A stretch of DNA of 64,000 nt from positions 33,735 to 97,734 of the forward strand of contig CAYUSN010000001.1 in assembly GCA_964447415.1 (NCBI GenBank), written 5' to 3'. The stretch is from an uncultured Candidatus Saccharibacteria bacterium. Lineage in GTDB: Bacteria > Patescibacteriota > Minisyncoccia > Phycocordibacterales > EsbW-18. The translations under genes and the position numbers were made by a program. This document shows positions 63,490 through 64,000 of the stretch, piece by piece; position 1 is the first letter of the stretch, and each line of letters opens with the position of its first letter. The notes beneath the pieces are model-generated. The model searched no databases. It was given only the letters and a program-made list of their open reading frames with translations, and was not told the origin of the DNA.

Positions 63490-64000
63490 TTAATCTTTCA
63501 CAGTAAGGAGCACTTCGTTTCTTGTGCAGGTCAGAGACATGTCATAGCCCTCTCTCGTTAAGTTTTTTACAACACCCCTGATTCTGGCCATAAGAGAATC
63601 AGTTTTATTTTTACCCCTTAATTCGTCAATACTCACTACGAGTCCAGCATTTTTAGTAAACAAATCAAAACGCACTCCATTCCCCGCCTTGAGCACTTTG
63701 CCATTTTGTAAGTGTCGTCTGTTACCCCATAGTTCTTCAAAAATCCGCAAGGTAGCAGTTTTATTTCTATATTTTTCTCCACGAAATTCGTGAGTCGGTA
63801 GCCCATCCTTCTTAAGTGTTTTTGTATCTAAACGATACGCTGTCTTTCCAGACACTTCCTCCTCTTTATTTTTTTGCCCCGTGCTCTTTGTGGAGTATGT
63901 GTCTATAAAATTTGTAAGTCTTTCAAAATCCAGAACCTTAACTGGGAAGAACTTTTCAAAAGTTGCAGTATTCCCCTCATCATCAATTTCTGCAAAGTCC
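63490..64000 (-). CDS. hypothetical protein, partial (frame stays open to the window edge; the tracked start at 63855 is actually GTG in-frame)
   Basis: The reverse-complement frame reads ...DFAEIDDEGNTATFEKFFPVKVLDFERL...EEEVSGKTAYRLDTK... with no stop up to position 64000. Confidence 0.35.
   Translation of the reverse strand, partial: DFAEIDDEGNTATFEKFFPVKVLDFERLTNFIDTYSTKSTGQKNKEEEVSGKTAYRLDTKTLKKDGLPTHEFRGEKYRNKTATLRIFEELWGNRRHLQNGKVLKAGNGVRFDLFTKNAGLVVSIDELRGKNKTDSLMARIRGVVKNLTREGYDMSLTCTRNEVLLTVKD

Larger units (their letters stand above)
57660..64000. mobile_element. AT-rich integrated element inserted in comM (right boundary outside window)
   Basis: GC drop at ~57.66 kb inside comM; carries a helicase, tandem serine recombinases and a rep-like gene. 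Confidence 0.55.

Overview
This is a 64-kb window from a small-genome bacterium. It is probably CPR/Patescibacteria-like; I infer that from the short PolA, the compact YidC, the pilM-N-O/pilB genes and the many secreted or membrane-anchored proteins, not from any database hit. The window has three compositional blocks.

(1) 1 to ~10,825 is an AT-rich block (~35-40% GC by eye) that looks like accessory/mobile DNA. It carries an APH-like kinase plus a histidine-phosphatase pair bounded by a 36-bp direct repeat, a RelE-like toxin plus a Panacea/DUF4065-like partner, two secreted paralogs that share a C-terminal 18-aa tail and 3' flank, a secreted SNase/Excalibur nuclease, and several phage-like small ORFs. 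It ends with a large serine recombinase whose last 33 nt overlap tRNA-His.

(2) ~10,950 to ~57,660 is a GC-rich core (~55-60% GC). It carries the rpmH-rnpA-yidC / dnaA-dnaN-DUF721 origin neighbourhood, rplS, rpsT, ruvA, ruvB-yebC-ruvC, ruvX, polA, tsaE, holA, tyrS, PBP1A, rsmA, uvrD, a MurE-like ligase, trmH and a LysM-M23 peptidase. It also holds 9 tRNAs plus one tRNA-like oddity, a partial type IV pilus set (pilM/N/O separated from pilB), and an ~12-kb, 11-gene minus-strand operon encoding a VirB4/VirB6/VirB3-like type IV secretion-like apparatus with many secreted proteins.

(3) ~57,660 to 64,000 is a second AT-rich element inserted inside comM. It carries a UvrD-like helicase, tandem serine recombinases (one split and degenerate), a 49-aa basic ORF translationally coupled to a resolvase, and a wHTH replication-like gene.

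No rRNA and no CRISPR array are present. Several structured intergenic elements are flagged as candidate sRNA or regulatory sites. All protein calls rest on motif recognition by eye in the translated ORFs; no searches were run.
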